Assembly (NCBI GenBank): GCA_965140445.1
Contig: OZ223236.1
Span: forward strand, 1,856,001-1,920,000
Direction of reading: 5' to 3'
Origin: Candidatus Ozemobacteraceae bacterium
GTDB taxonomy: Bacteria; Muiribacteriota; Ozemobacteria; Ozemobacterales; Ozemobacteraceae
DNA length: 64,000 nucleotides
In this document: positions 1-9,052 of the stretch, piece after piece
Numbering within the stretch: the first letter of the stretch is position 1
How the letters are laid out: each line of letters opens with the position of its first letter
Program-made: the position numbers and the translations under genes
The notes under the pieces: model-generated
What the model was told of the DNA's origin: nothing
What the model saw: the letters and a program-made list of their open reading frames with translations, nothing else
Databases searched by the model: none

Positions 1-2
1 TT

Positions 3-788
3 TTAGATTTAAATGATGCTAAAAATCGTTTAACAGCAAAAACCAGGGCTATTGTTCCTGTCCATTACGCAAGTAATTCGGCTCAGATGCCAGAAGTTCA
101 TGAATTTGCCAGGGCTAATAGCTTAAGGGTTATAGAAGATGCAGCTCACTCTTTTGGTTGTACTCGTGATGGTAAACCTGTTGGGTATGAAGGTGATGTG
201 CTTTGTTTTAGTTTTGATGGCATAAAAAATATCACTTCTGGCGAAGGTGGCGCTATTTTGTCTGGAGATGAAGAATTTCTTCAAAGAGCGAAAGATGCAC
301 GACTTTTAAGCGTTGAAAAAGACACAGATAAAAGATATTCAGGGCAACGAAGCTGGGATTTTGATGTGAAATTTCAAGGTTTTAGATATCACATGAGTAA
401 CATAATGGCTGCCATCGGAAGAGCCCAGCTGAGTCGTTTTGCAGATTTTAAAACGGTCAGGCAAAGAGTTGTTAGATACTATCTTGAAAATCTTAATATC
501 AACGAAATAGAACTTTTAGATTTTGATTTTGATAATATTGTTTCTCATATTTTTGTTGTAAAGGCAAAAGACAGGGATAAACTAAGGGAATATCTTCTTG
601 AAAATGGCGTTGAATGTGGCATTCATTATAAGCCGAATCATTTGCTTTCAAAATATAAAACATCCTATGGAATGCCTGTTACTGAAAGAGTTTATAACAG
701 AATTTTAACCTTGCCTTGTCATGCAGATATTACTATTGAGCAGCAGGAACGAGTAGTTAAGGTAATAAGGGCTTTCTATGGCAGTTAA
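3..788 (+). CDS. DegT/DnrJ/EryC1/StrS-family sugar aminotransferase (5' truncated by window edge)
   Basis: Frame is open from base 3 (LDLNDAK...IVPVHYA). Motifs IEDAAHSFG, SFDGIKNITSGEGG (PLP lysine) and ILTLPCH. Confidence 0.9.
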   Translation, partial: LDLNDAKNRLTAKTRAIVPVHYASNSAQMPEVHEFARANSLRVIEDAAHSFGCTRDGKPVGYEGDVLCFSFDGIKNITSGEGGAILSGDEEFLQRAKDARLLSVEKDTDKRYSGQRSWDFDVKFQGFRYHMSNIMAAIGRAQLSRFADFKTVRQRVVRYYLENLNINEIELLDFDFDNIVSHIFVVKAKDRDKLREYLLENGVECGIHYKPNHLLSKYKTSYGMPVTERVYNRILTLPCHADITIEQQERVVKVIRAFYGS

Positions 789-1692
789 TCCACTAGTCTC
801 CATTATCATTAATTGCTTTAACGGTGAGAAATTTCTTGAGAAAACAATTCAAACTGTTTTGGATCAAACGTATCAAAATTGGGAGTTAATCTTTTGGGAT
901 AATCAATCAACTGATTTAACTGCCGAAATTGTAAAGTCTCACAACGATAAGAGAATCAAATATATTTTTGCTCCCAACCACACATCACTTGGGGAAGCTA
1001 GAAATTTCGCATTAAAGGAAATTTCTGGTGACTTGGTATCTTTTTTGGACAGCGATGATCTTTGGGATAAAAATAGGTTAAAGCTATCTGTAGAAGCCTT
1101 TTCTGAAGAAGATGTTGGCTTAGTTTATTCAAATGGTTGCAAGCTTTATGAAGATGGTTCCACAGAAATATTTCTTAAAAAAATACCAAAGCAGGGATAT
1201 GTTTTTGAGGAACTTGTGGGAAACTACACTATAATGCTTGGAGCGGCGATGGTTCGAAGGGCAGTTCTTGAAAAACTAGAATATTGGTTTGATAATAGAT
1301 ACAGCATGATCGAGGATTTTGATTTTTTCATCAGGATCGCAAAGATAACAAATGTTGCTTATGTTCCAGATTGCCTTTTTAAGTGGCGAGTTCACCCCGG
1401 AAGCTTGACTTGGAGCAAGTTTGGCATGTTTGAGGAAGAGCACAAGATTTTTCTTAAGGAATTTGTTGAAAAGAATCCTGAGTTGAAAAGTTCTTTCTGT
1501 GTAAAATGCCTTGAAGCAAGAATTGCTTATCATAATTTTGTGAACTTATGGAGAAAGGATGGTATTCCTAGAAGGAATATTATTAAGCCTTATCTAAAAT
1601 ACGACAAAAGACTGATTGGGATTTTCTTTCTTTCATTTTTAAGCTTAAGTTGGTTTGAAAAGGCTTTGAAATTTTTGGGTAAAAAAGGTTAA
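778..1692 (+). CDS. Glycosyltransferase family 2
   Basis: N-terminal VSIIINCFNGEKFL, WDNQSTD, GEARN, FLDSDD (DxD) and EDFDF. Overlaps the upstream stop. Confidence 0.9.
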   Translation: MAVNPLVSIIINCFNGEKFLEKTIQTVLDQTYQNWELIFWDNQSTDLTAEIVKSHNDKRIKYIFAPNHTSLGEARNFALKEISGDLVSFLDSDDLWDKNRLKLSVEAFSEEDVGLVYSNGCKLYEDGSTEIFLKKIPKQGYVFEELVGNYTIMLGAAMVRRAVLEKLEYWFDNRYSMIEDFDFFIRIAKITNVAYVPDCLFKWRVHPGSLTWSKFGMFEEEHKIFLKEFVEKNPELKSSFCVKCLEARIAYHNFVNLWRKDGIPRRNIIKPYLKYDKRLIGIFFLSFLSLSWFEKALKFLGKKG

Positions 1693-1694
1693 GT

Positions 1695-2834
1695 TTGCTT
1701 CGTTTTAAGAAGACCTCAATAGTATATGCTTTCTATCTCATAATTCTGTTCTTCAATATTATTACGAACAGGATTTCATCTGGCCTCGTTTACTTGACGG
1801 TCGGATCTTTTTTGGCTTTTCTCTTTTTTGATAATTTTGCCAGGGATAAAAAAGTAAAATTTAATTTCAAATACGGCTTATTCTGTTTGCTGGCTCTAGT
1901 TTTTTACAGCTATTCTCATTTTTATCAAAAAGGGACTTACCTATACAGTAATCTATATTTTTTGCAGTTTTTTGGATTTCAATTCGTTATGCTTTTTGTT
2001 CTTTTTAGTTCGACCAGTTTAAATAACTTTTTTAAAAAGCATTATGCCAGCCTTTTATCCTGGTATGTCGTGATAATTTTTGCGTCAATTTTTATTGATT
2101 ATTTGATAATAAAGTTAGGATTTCCATTAAGCCTTCAGCCGATGTACAGAGCCGAATTAGAAAGCTATATGGATCGACCATTTGGTCTTTTTGGGCAACC
2201 GAGTGTTAATAGTACTTTACTCGTATTTTTTTACTTGCTGGGATTATTTGAGGGGGCATTTTCAAAAACCACCAATAAATTCTTATTTGTTTTAGTTACT
2301 TTGGGAGTAGTTTTTCAAGGTTCTGGCAGCGGTTTTGTCTCTTATCTTTTTCTCTTAATTTGCTTGTGCTACCAAAAAATGATTTTGAGAGTTACTTTGA
2401 TTCCATTCGTTTCTGTTGCCATTGCTGTCGTTATTTCACAAAATTTGATTCAAAAAATTTCATGGAAATATATTTCATTCTTAATGGAATATTTTTGGGA
2501 TATTATTTTGCTTTCCCTTTCCAAATTTGAGTCCGTTATGGATTTATTATTTGGAATGGACGGCAATATCGATTTTCCAATCGACTTTGGGCCAATTTTT
2601 ATGATTGCTAAAGTTGGCTTATTTGCCTTTCTAATTTATTATTCGGTCTTTTTCTACTTGTTTTTCAAGATAAAGAATAGCTATTTCAGGTATGCTATTG
2701 TTGTTCTTTTTTTTGGGAACTTACATTACCCGGTAATGTTTTACCCTGCTATGAACTTTTTTTTACCATTGCTTATTTTTAAGTTGCTAAGTTCTGAACA
2801 CCAGTTAAAATTGAATCGAGAGAAGTCGAGTTAG
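1695..2834 (+). CDS. Polytopic membrane protein, probable Wzy-like polysaccharide polymerase
   Basis: About 10 hydrophobic segments, RPFGLFGQPS loop motif, very AT-rich, lies inside a polysaccharide locus. Confidence 0.65.
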   Translation: MLRFKKTSIVYAFYLIILFFNIITNRISSGLVYLTVGSFLAFLFFDNFARDKKVKFNFKYGLFCLLALVFYSYSHFYQKGTYLYSNLYFLQFFGFQFVMLFVLFSSTSLNNFFKKHYASLLSWYVVIIFASIFIDYLIIKLGFPLSLQPMYRAELESYMDRPFGLFGQPSVNSTLLVFFYLLGLFEGAFSKTTNKFLFVLVTLGVVFQGSGSGFVSYLFLLICLCYQKMILRVTLIPFVSVAIAVVISQNLIQKISWKYISFLMEYFWDIILLSLSKFESVMDLLFGMDGNIDFPIDFGPIFMIAKVGLFAFLIYYSVFFYLFFKIKNSYFRYAIVVLFFGNLHYPVMFYPAMNFFLPLLIFKLLSSEHQLKLNREKSS

Positions 2835-2944
2835 TTGGCTTTTGCATGCGTTAATAGACTGGTTGAATGGGATTACTAGTTTTTTCATTAAAGCAAATGA
2901 ATCGTTTTTGCAGTTTTTTTGTAAAAATTATAGGAAAATGTTTG

Positions 2945-2973
2945 TTGATGAAATCACTAGGTTTAAGTAATAT
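2945..2973 (+). promoter_or_regulatory. Sigma70-type promoter
   Basis: TTGATG-17 nt-TAATAT upstream of an AGGAG RBS and the ATG at 3009. Confidence 0.55.
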
Positions 2974-3008
2974 TACATTTCAGAAAAAGTTATTGTTAGG
3001 AGATATTT

Positions 3009-4328
3009 ATGAATGACCTATTTAAAGCACTAAAGGAAAGAACAGCTAAACTTGCAGTTGTTGGCTTAGGCTATGTAGGTCTTCCTCTTGCACACTCTTT
3101 TGCAAAGCACTTTGATGTCGTTGGTTTTGACGTTAATGCAGAAAAGGTTGCTTTAATGAAAAAGGGCATTGATCCAACTGGTGAAGTTCCGCCGGGTGGG
3201 CTGGATATGGTAAGTATAGATTTTACAACTGATCCAGAAAAGCTGAGAGATTGTCAGTTCGTTATAGTAGCCGTTCCAACTCCAGTAGATCGAAATAAGC
3301 GACCAGACCTTACTCCTCTGGTAAAATCTTCTACAACCGTTGGAAAACATCTTAGCAAATCTTCTATTGTGGTATTTGAGTCTACAGTTTATCCAGGAGT
3401 TACTGAGGATGAGTGTGTTCCATTATTGGAAAAATACTCTACTCTTGAATATATGAAGGATTTTAAAGTCGGCTATAGTCCTGAACGCATCAATCCTGGG
3501 GATCATGTTCATAGGTTGGAAACAATTATCAAAGTTGTTTCAGGGTGTGATAATGAAACCCTTGAATGTGTGGCGAACGTTTATGAAACAATTATTGAGG
3601 CTGGAGTTCATAGAGCGGCAAGCATCAAAGTTGCTGAGGCGGCAAAGGTAATTGAAAATACTCAGCGTGACGTTAACATTGCCCTCATGAATGAACTTTC
3701 AATTATTTTCCATAAACTTGGAATAGATACTTTGGAAGTGCTCAGAGCAGCTGGAACAAAGTGGAACTTTTTAAAATTCTTTCCTGGGCTTGTTGGTGGG
3801 CACTGCATAGGAGTTGATCCCTATTATCTTACGTATAAGGCAGAGGAAGTTGGGTATCATCCCGAAGTAATTCTTTCTGGAAGAAGAATAAACGACAATA
3901 TGGGAAAATTTGTTGCTGAGAACACTGTGAAAAAGCTTATTAAAGCTGGAAAAGCTGTGAAAGGTGCAAAGGTTCTCCTACTTGGATTAACTTTTAAGGA
4001 AAACGTGGGAGACATCAGAAATACCAAGGTTGTTGATATTATTTCTGAGTTGAATGATTATCAAGTTGAGACTTGTATATTTGATCCTTACGCGAGTGCA
4101 GAAGAGGTTAAACAAGAATATGGTCTGGACATCTTAGATAGCTTAGAAAACGCTCCAAAGGTCGATGCAGTAATTTTAGCTGTTTCGCATGAAAAATTTA
4201 AAGATCTTGATCTTAAAAAACTTGGAACTTTCTGTAAAAGTGGACAAGCGCCTATTTTGGTAGATATAAAAGGGGGCTTTGAGGCAAAAGATGCAGAAAA
4301 ACTTGGAATAAGATATTGGAGACTCTAA
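3009..4328 (+). CDS. UDP-N-acetylhexosamine 6-dehydrogenase (TviB/WbpO family)
   Basis: GLGYVGLPLA Rossmann motif, ESTVYPG, YSPERINPG, PGLVGGHCIGVDPYYL (catalytic Cys), GLTFKEN. Confidence 0.92.
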   Translation: MNDLFKALKERTAKLAVVGLGYVGLPLAHSFAKHFDVVGFDVNAEKVALMKKGIDPTGEVPPGGLDMVSIDFTTDPEKLRDCQFVIVAVPTPVDRNKRPDLTPLVKSSTTVGKHLSKSSIVVFESTVYPGVTEDECVPLLEKYSTLEYMKDFKVGYSPERINPGDHVHRLETIIKVVSGCDNETLECVANVYETIIEAGVHRAASIKVAEAAKVIENTQRDVNIALMNELSIIFHKLGIDTLEVLRAAGTKWNFLKFFPGLVGGHCIGVDPYYLTYKAEEVGYHPEVILSGRRINDNMGKFVAENTVKKLIKAGKAVKGAKVLLLGLTFKENVGDIRNTKVVDIISELNDYQVETCIFDPYASAEEVKQEYGLDILDSLENAPKVDAVILAVSHEKFKDLDLKKLGTFCKSGQAPILVDIKGGFEAKDAEKLGIRYWRL

Positions 4329-4358
4329 AATATTTAATTGTGGCTTTTTCAGAAAGAC

Positions 4359-6230
4359 CTATTTAAAGGTTTTTTTATACCATTTTTGGAAAACAAAAAT
4401 AGTCCAAAGTTTAAATCTGTGATCCTCTTTTTTGCTGACATGCTCTTCAAACAATCTATTCAGGAGCTCATGATTAAAAATCCCTTGTTTTTCCAAGGCT
4501 TTTTTATTGATAAGTTCTCTTAACTCTTCCTTTAACTCACCCCTAAACCAGCGATCTACAGGAAGGCCAAAACCTCTTTTTGAAAAATTAAAAACTTTTT
4601 CTGGTAAAAGATCTTTAAATGCTTCTTTTAAAATAACTTTTTTGTTTCTTTGGTCTATTTTAAAACTTGATGGTAGCCTCTGGGAAAATTCCACTACAGA
4701 GCTATCTAGAAATGGCACTCTTGCTTCAAGTGAAGTTTTCATACATGCCCTGTCAACTTTTGGTAACATGCAACCTTCAATTACAACTTTCAGATCTGTA
4801 TAAAGTTGTCTGTCAAGGTTGTTAGCTTCACTTAAGAAGTCGTAATGGGTTTTTACTTCATCTCGGATTTCTGGGGAGTAATCATTTATCAAAAGTTCTT
4901 TTCTTTCTAAATCATTAAAGCCCAGACTCATTAAATTGTATCCTATTGAAAAATTATCAAGGCTACTATTGTTAATAACCTTTTTGGCTTTGCGTAAAAT
5001 GATGTTTGTTAGGCTTGTATGCGGAGTTAATCTTACAACATGCTTTATTAAATTTTGAACCACCCTAGGTAAACTGCAATAAAGATTTTTGTAGTGAGGT
5101 GCAAGATACTTCTCATAGCCGCCAAATAGCTCATCAGCACAATCTCCTGTCAAGACAACCTTAACCTTTTCCCTGGCTAACTTGGCTACGAAATATGCAG
5201 AAATTGCTGAAGCGTCACCGAAAGGCTCATCATAATTCAGGATTACCTCATCAACTACATTTGCAGCTTCCTTGTAATCCAAAATGAAAAGTGAGTGGTC
5301 TGAGCCAATATGTTGGGCCACTAGCTCAGCTCTGTCGCTTTCGTCAAAATCTTTTTCTTTAAAGCCAATAGAAAATGTTTTTATGGGAGATGGTGAAAGC
5401 TTGCTCATTATGGCAGAAATTATACTTGAATCAATGCCCCCACTTAAAAATGTTCCAATTGGTACATCCGCAACCATTCGTGCTTTTACTGATTCAGTGA
5501 GAAGTTTCCTTATTTCTTGTTTTGCTTCTTCAAGATCAGTAATCATAGGCCTTGAGGGGGATATGGGGATCTCAAAATATGGTTTTTGCAAAGCATTTTC
5601 TGAGCTAATGTCAAGATAATGCCCGGGGAGTAGTTTGCAAACACCTTTGTAAATCGAATGTGGAGCTGGAATATATGTCATTGCGAAAAAGTAGTTCAAA
5701 CCCATTGGGCAAATTTGTTTAGATGGAATTTCGCTTTCCAGTGCCTTTAACTCAGATGCAAAAAGTATATCATTGCTGTTTTTATAAAAGTATAGGGGTT
5801 TTTCGCCAAACTTGTCCCTTCCTACGAACAATTTATCTAAATTCTTATCATAGAGGGCAAACGCAAACATTCCTTCAAGCTTTTGCAAAATGAAATCTAT
5901 CCCATATTCTTCATAGCCATGTACTATGACTTCGGTGTCAGAGTTTGTATAAAATTCATGTCCTTTATCCAATAGGTCAGACTTTAAAGACTGAAAGTTG
6001 TAAATTTCCCCGTTGAAAACAATAACAATGGTTTTGCTTTCATTAAATATTGGCTGATCACCACTTTCAAGGTCAATTATCGAGAGTCTTCGATGACCTA
6101 GTCCAACGTTTTTTTCTACAAAAAAACCTTCGGCGTCAGGACCTCTATTAATAAGTTTGTCAGACATTCTTTTTATCTGATCAAAACTTACATTGTCATT
6201 AAAAGAATATCTTCCTACAATTCCACACAT
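4359..6230 (-). CDS. asnB: Asparagine synthase (glutamine-hydrolysing) family amidotransferase, probably sugar-amidating
   Basis: N-terminal MCGIVG, RGPD, FNGEIYN, LSGGIDSS, SLEARVPFLD. Lies next to a uronic-acid-forming dehydrogenase. Confidence 0.92.
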   Translation of the reverse strand: MCGIVGRYSFNDNVSFDQIKRMSDKLINRGPDAEGFFVEKNVGLGHRRLSIIDLESGDQPIFNESKTIVIVFNGEIYNFQSLKSDLLDKGHEFYTNSDTEVIVHGYEEYGIDFILQKLEGMFAFALYDKNLDKLFVGRDKFGEKPLYFYKNSNDILFASELKALESEIPSKQICPMGLNYFFAMTYIPAPHSIYKGVCKLLPGHYLDISSENALQKPYFEIPISPSRPMITDLEEAKQEIRKLLTESVKARMVADVPIGTFLSGGIDSSIISAIMSKLSPSPIKTFSIGFKEKDFDESDRAELVAQHIGSDHSLFILDYKEAANVVDEVILNYDEPFGDASAISAYFVAKLAREKVKVVLTGDCADELFGGYEKYLAPHYKNLYCSLPRVVQNLIKHVVRLTPHTSLTNIILRKAKKVINNSSLDNFSIGYNLMSLGFNDLERKELLINDYSPEIRDEVKTHYDFLSEANNLDRQLYTDLKVVIEGCMLPKVDRACMKTSLEARVPFLDSSVVEFSQRLPSSFKIDQRNKKVILKEAFKDLLPEKVFNFSKRGFGLPVDRWFRGELKEELRELINKKALEKQGIFNHELLNRLFEEHVSKKEDHRFKLWTIFVFQKWYKKTFK

Positions 6231-6513
6231 AAAAACCTAACCACTTAATTCATTTTGTACAATGTCTAAACCAGCAAAAATATAACACTTGCCTGTTTTT
6301 ATTACAACAAAATTTCTATTTTGAAACTCAAATGGAAATCAAATAAATGTCATTGGTTTTCAGCATTAATTCAGTAGCTTTTCGATCGAGATAGTTAAGG
6401 AAAGGGCAAAAATGTAAAAAAAATGCTTCTTTCCGCACAAAAATTTTTTCTAAATGAAACAATTGTGCTAGTATCTTAAAATCATCTAGATTGTTTTAAA
6501 TGAGCGCATCGAT

Positions 6514-7659
6514 TTGTTAGGGGGGGGGAGTTTGTCCAAAGGAAAAATTCTTTTTTTGGTAACTGAGGATTGGTATTTTTGTTCTCATAGACTACCTATC
6601 GCTCGTGCTGCAAAGAAAGAGGGATATGAAGTTGTTGTAGCGACAAGAGTACACACTCACGGTGAGTTTATTGAAAAAGAAGGATTTAAGCTAATTCCTT
6701 TGAAAAACTTTCAACGTGAGAGTATTAATCCTATTAAAGCATTTTTAGGCTTTTTGGAATTGGTAGCAATCTATAGATGTGAAAAACCAGACATTGTACA
6801 TCATGTTGCTTTAAAGCCTGTATTAATAGGGTCTTTTGCTGCGATGCTTTATCGAAAGGCAAAAGTGGTAAATGCCGTTGCTGGCCTTGGATTTATATTT
6901 TCCTCAGAACGTGTTAAGGCCAGGCTTCTTAGGCCTCTAATTACAACTGGATTATGGCTTTGCATGAAAAAGACCTCTGTTATTGTACAGAATCCAGATG
7001 ATGCTAAAATGCTTATTGAAAACTCTCTAATTTCAGCTGATCGAGTTTTTCTCATTCGCGGTTCCGGGGTTGATTTGGATAAATTTAAAGTTTTACCTGA
7101 GCCGGAATCAGCTGTTTTTACAATTGGCGTGGTAGCTAGAATGCTTTGGGACAAGGGAATTGCCGAATTTATTGATGCTGCTAAGTTACTGCATGAATCT
7201 GGAGAAAAGTTTGTTGCTTTACTCGCGGGCTATCCAGATCCAGCAAATCCAAACAGCATTCCTGTTGCTAAACTCGAGGAATGGAATACTTATCCGTATA
7301 TTAAATGCGTAGGTAAAATAGAGGATGTTCGAGAAATTTGGAAAGATTCACATATTTCTGTGCTTCCCTCCTATCGAGAAGGTTTGCCAAAAAGCTTACT
7401 TGAGTCTGCTGCCTGTGGTAGAGCCATTGTAACCACTGATGTTCCCGGTTGCAGAGAAATAGTTATAGATGGCGAAACTGGAATTCTAGTTCCTGCAAAA
7501 TCCGTTAAGGAATTGGCAGAGGCCATTTTAAAGCTAAAAAATAATCTTGAGTTAAGAAGAAAACTTGCCAGGCAGGTGAGGGAAAAGGTTGAAAGAGAAC
7601 TCAGCGTAAAAGTCGTCGTTAAATCAACTTTGGAGTTATACGATCGGCTTGTAAAGTAG
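6514..7659 (+). CDS. Glycosyltransferase family 4 (start may be TTG 6532)
   Basis: EDWYFCSHRLPIA, IRGSGVD, LPSYREGLPKSLLESAACG (ExxxxxxxE motif), TTDVPGCREIV. Confidence 0.9.
   Translation: MLGGGSLSKGKILFLVTEDWYFCSHRLPIARAAKKEGYEVVVATRVHTHGEFIEKEGFKLIPLKNFQRESINPIKAFLGFLELVAIYRCEKPDIVHHVALKPVLIGSFAAMLYRKAKVVNAVAGLGFIFSSERVKARLLRPLITTGLWLCMKKTSVIVQNPDDAKMLIENSLISADRVFLIRGSGVDLDKFKVLPEPESAVFTIGVVARMLWDKGIAEFIDAAKLLHESGEKFVALLAGYPDPANPNSIPVAKLEEWNTYPYIKCVGKIEDVREIWKDSHISVLPSYREGLPKSLLESAACGRAIVTTDVPGCREIVIDGETGILVPAKSVKELAEAILKLKNNLELRRKLARQVREKVERELSVKVVVKSTLELYDRLVK
6520..6528 (+). repeat. G9 homopolymer at the 5' end/RBS of the GT4 gene
   Basis: tta-ggggggggg-agtttgtcc seen directly. Confidence 0.9.
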
Positions 7660-7720
7660 AATGATTTCTGAGTAATTTCACCTATTTCTATAAGCGTAAA
7701 ATTAAGGTTTCATGTTTGGA

Positions 7721-8881
7721 TTAGACACTTGGAATATTTATTGCTTCTGTTGCTAGAGTTTTTGATTCGAGCAACTGGGAAGATGATTTTTTTCCATACA
7801 TCGGCAACCCACTCATCAACTCCCAGGCTGGCCGAACAAACAACTCCCTCTTATGCAACTCATTCAACAGCTTATCTCTTACAACTTTGTCGGCATTTTT
7901 CAGCAAAATGGCATTCAGCCAGTAATTGCTTTTGCAGTTTTTGGGTTCTGTAAAAAACTCGACTTCTTCTATTTGGGAAAAAGCCTGGCGGTAGTTCTCG
8001 GCCATAGCTCGTTTTGAGGCCAAGATGTCTGGGAGTTTTTCCATCTGGGCGCAGCCAAGGGCGGCGTTGATGTTGGGCATGCGGTAGTTGTAGGCGATGC
8101 AGTCGTGGAAGTATTCCCAGGGGTGGGGGACTTTTCCTGTGGTGGTGAGGTGTTTGGCTTTTTGGGCCAGGTCTTCAGAGTTGGTTAAGATGGCTCCGCC
8201 TCCGCCTGTTGTTATTGTTTTGTTTCCGTTGAAACTTAGAGCGGATAGAAGCCCATGAGATCCGACGTGCTTGCCTTTGTATAAAGACCCTATGGCTTCG
8301 GCGGCATCTTCTATGAGAGTTATGTGGAATTTATTACAAATGGCGAGTAGTTCATCAAGTTTAGAAGGGTGTCCGAAGGTATGCATCACAACCAAAGCTT
8401 TGATTTGTTTGCCGGTAATTTTGTTGAAGCACATATTGTCGCAAATTTCTGAAATCTCATTCAGGTGGTTTTCCAGTTTAACGGGGCAAATTCCGAGAGT
8501 TTCTGTTTCTACATCTAAAAAGTGTGGAGCAGCGCCGCAGTAGGAAATGGCGTTTGCTGTGGCTACGAACGTCAGTGCCTGGCATAGAACTTCGTGGTCT
8601 GAGGTAACACCGGCAAGCAGCAGACAGGTATGCAGGGCGGAGGTTCCGTTAACGGTGGCAACGGCGTGGTTTATTCCGGTGAAATCTGACAGCATTTGTT
8701 CGAAGCGACTTACGTAACTACCAGCTGACGAGACCCAACCGGTTTCGATGCAGTCGAGAACATACTTTTTTTCATTTCCCGCAAAAACAGGTTCGTGAAG
8801 AGAAATCGGGCCAGAGGCAACCCCAGTGATCTGACGAACAATGGATTCAATTTTTTGGGCCAACAAATTTGTGTTAGTCAT
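7721..8881 (-). CDS. legC: LegC-type DegT-family aminotransferase
   Basis: ISLHEPVF, ETGWVSSAG, MHTFGHP, IEDAAEAIGS, SFNGNKTITTGGGG, YNYRMPNINAALG. Confidence 0.8.
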   Translation of the reverse strand: MTNTNLLAQKIESIVRQITGVASGPISLHEPVFAGNEKKYVLDCIETGWVSSAGSYVSRFEQMLSDFTGINHAVATVNGTSALHTCLLLAGVTSDHEVLCQALTFVATANAISYCGAAPHFLDVETETLGICPVKLENHLNEISEICDNMCFNKITGKQIKALVVMHTFGHPSKLDELLAICNKFHITLIEDAAEAIGSLYKGKHVGSHGLLSALSFNGNKTITTGGGGAILTNSEDLAQKAKHLTTTGKVPHPWEYFHDCIAYNYRMPNINAALGCAQMEKLPDILASKRAMAENYRQAFSQIEEVEFFTEPKNCKSNYWLNAILLKNADKVVRDKLLNELHKRELFVRPAWELMSGLPMYGKKSSSQLLESKTLATEAINIPSV

Positions 8882-9052
8882 TATACTCTGATTCCCTTTT
8901 TATCTGTGGACCATCGAAGGCCAATACAACTCAATTCAATGCTCTCTGAATAATAGCATATTTTTTTTCAGAAAAACCTAACGGCTTTTAGGCTGATGTG
9001 TTAAAATTACGCTTACTACAAAAGAGATAAAATTGGAAAGGAGAAATCCTCT

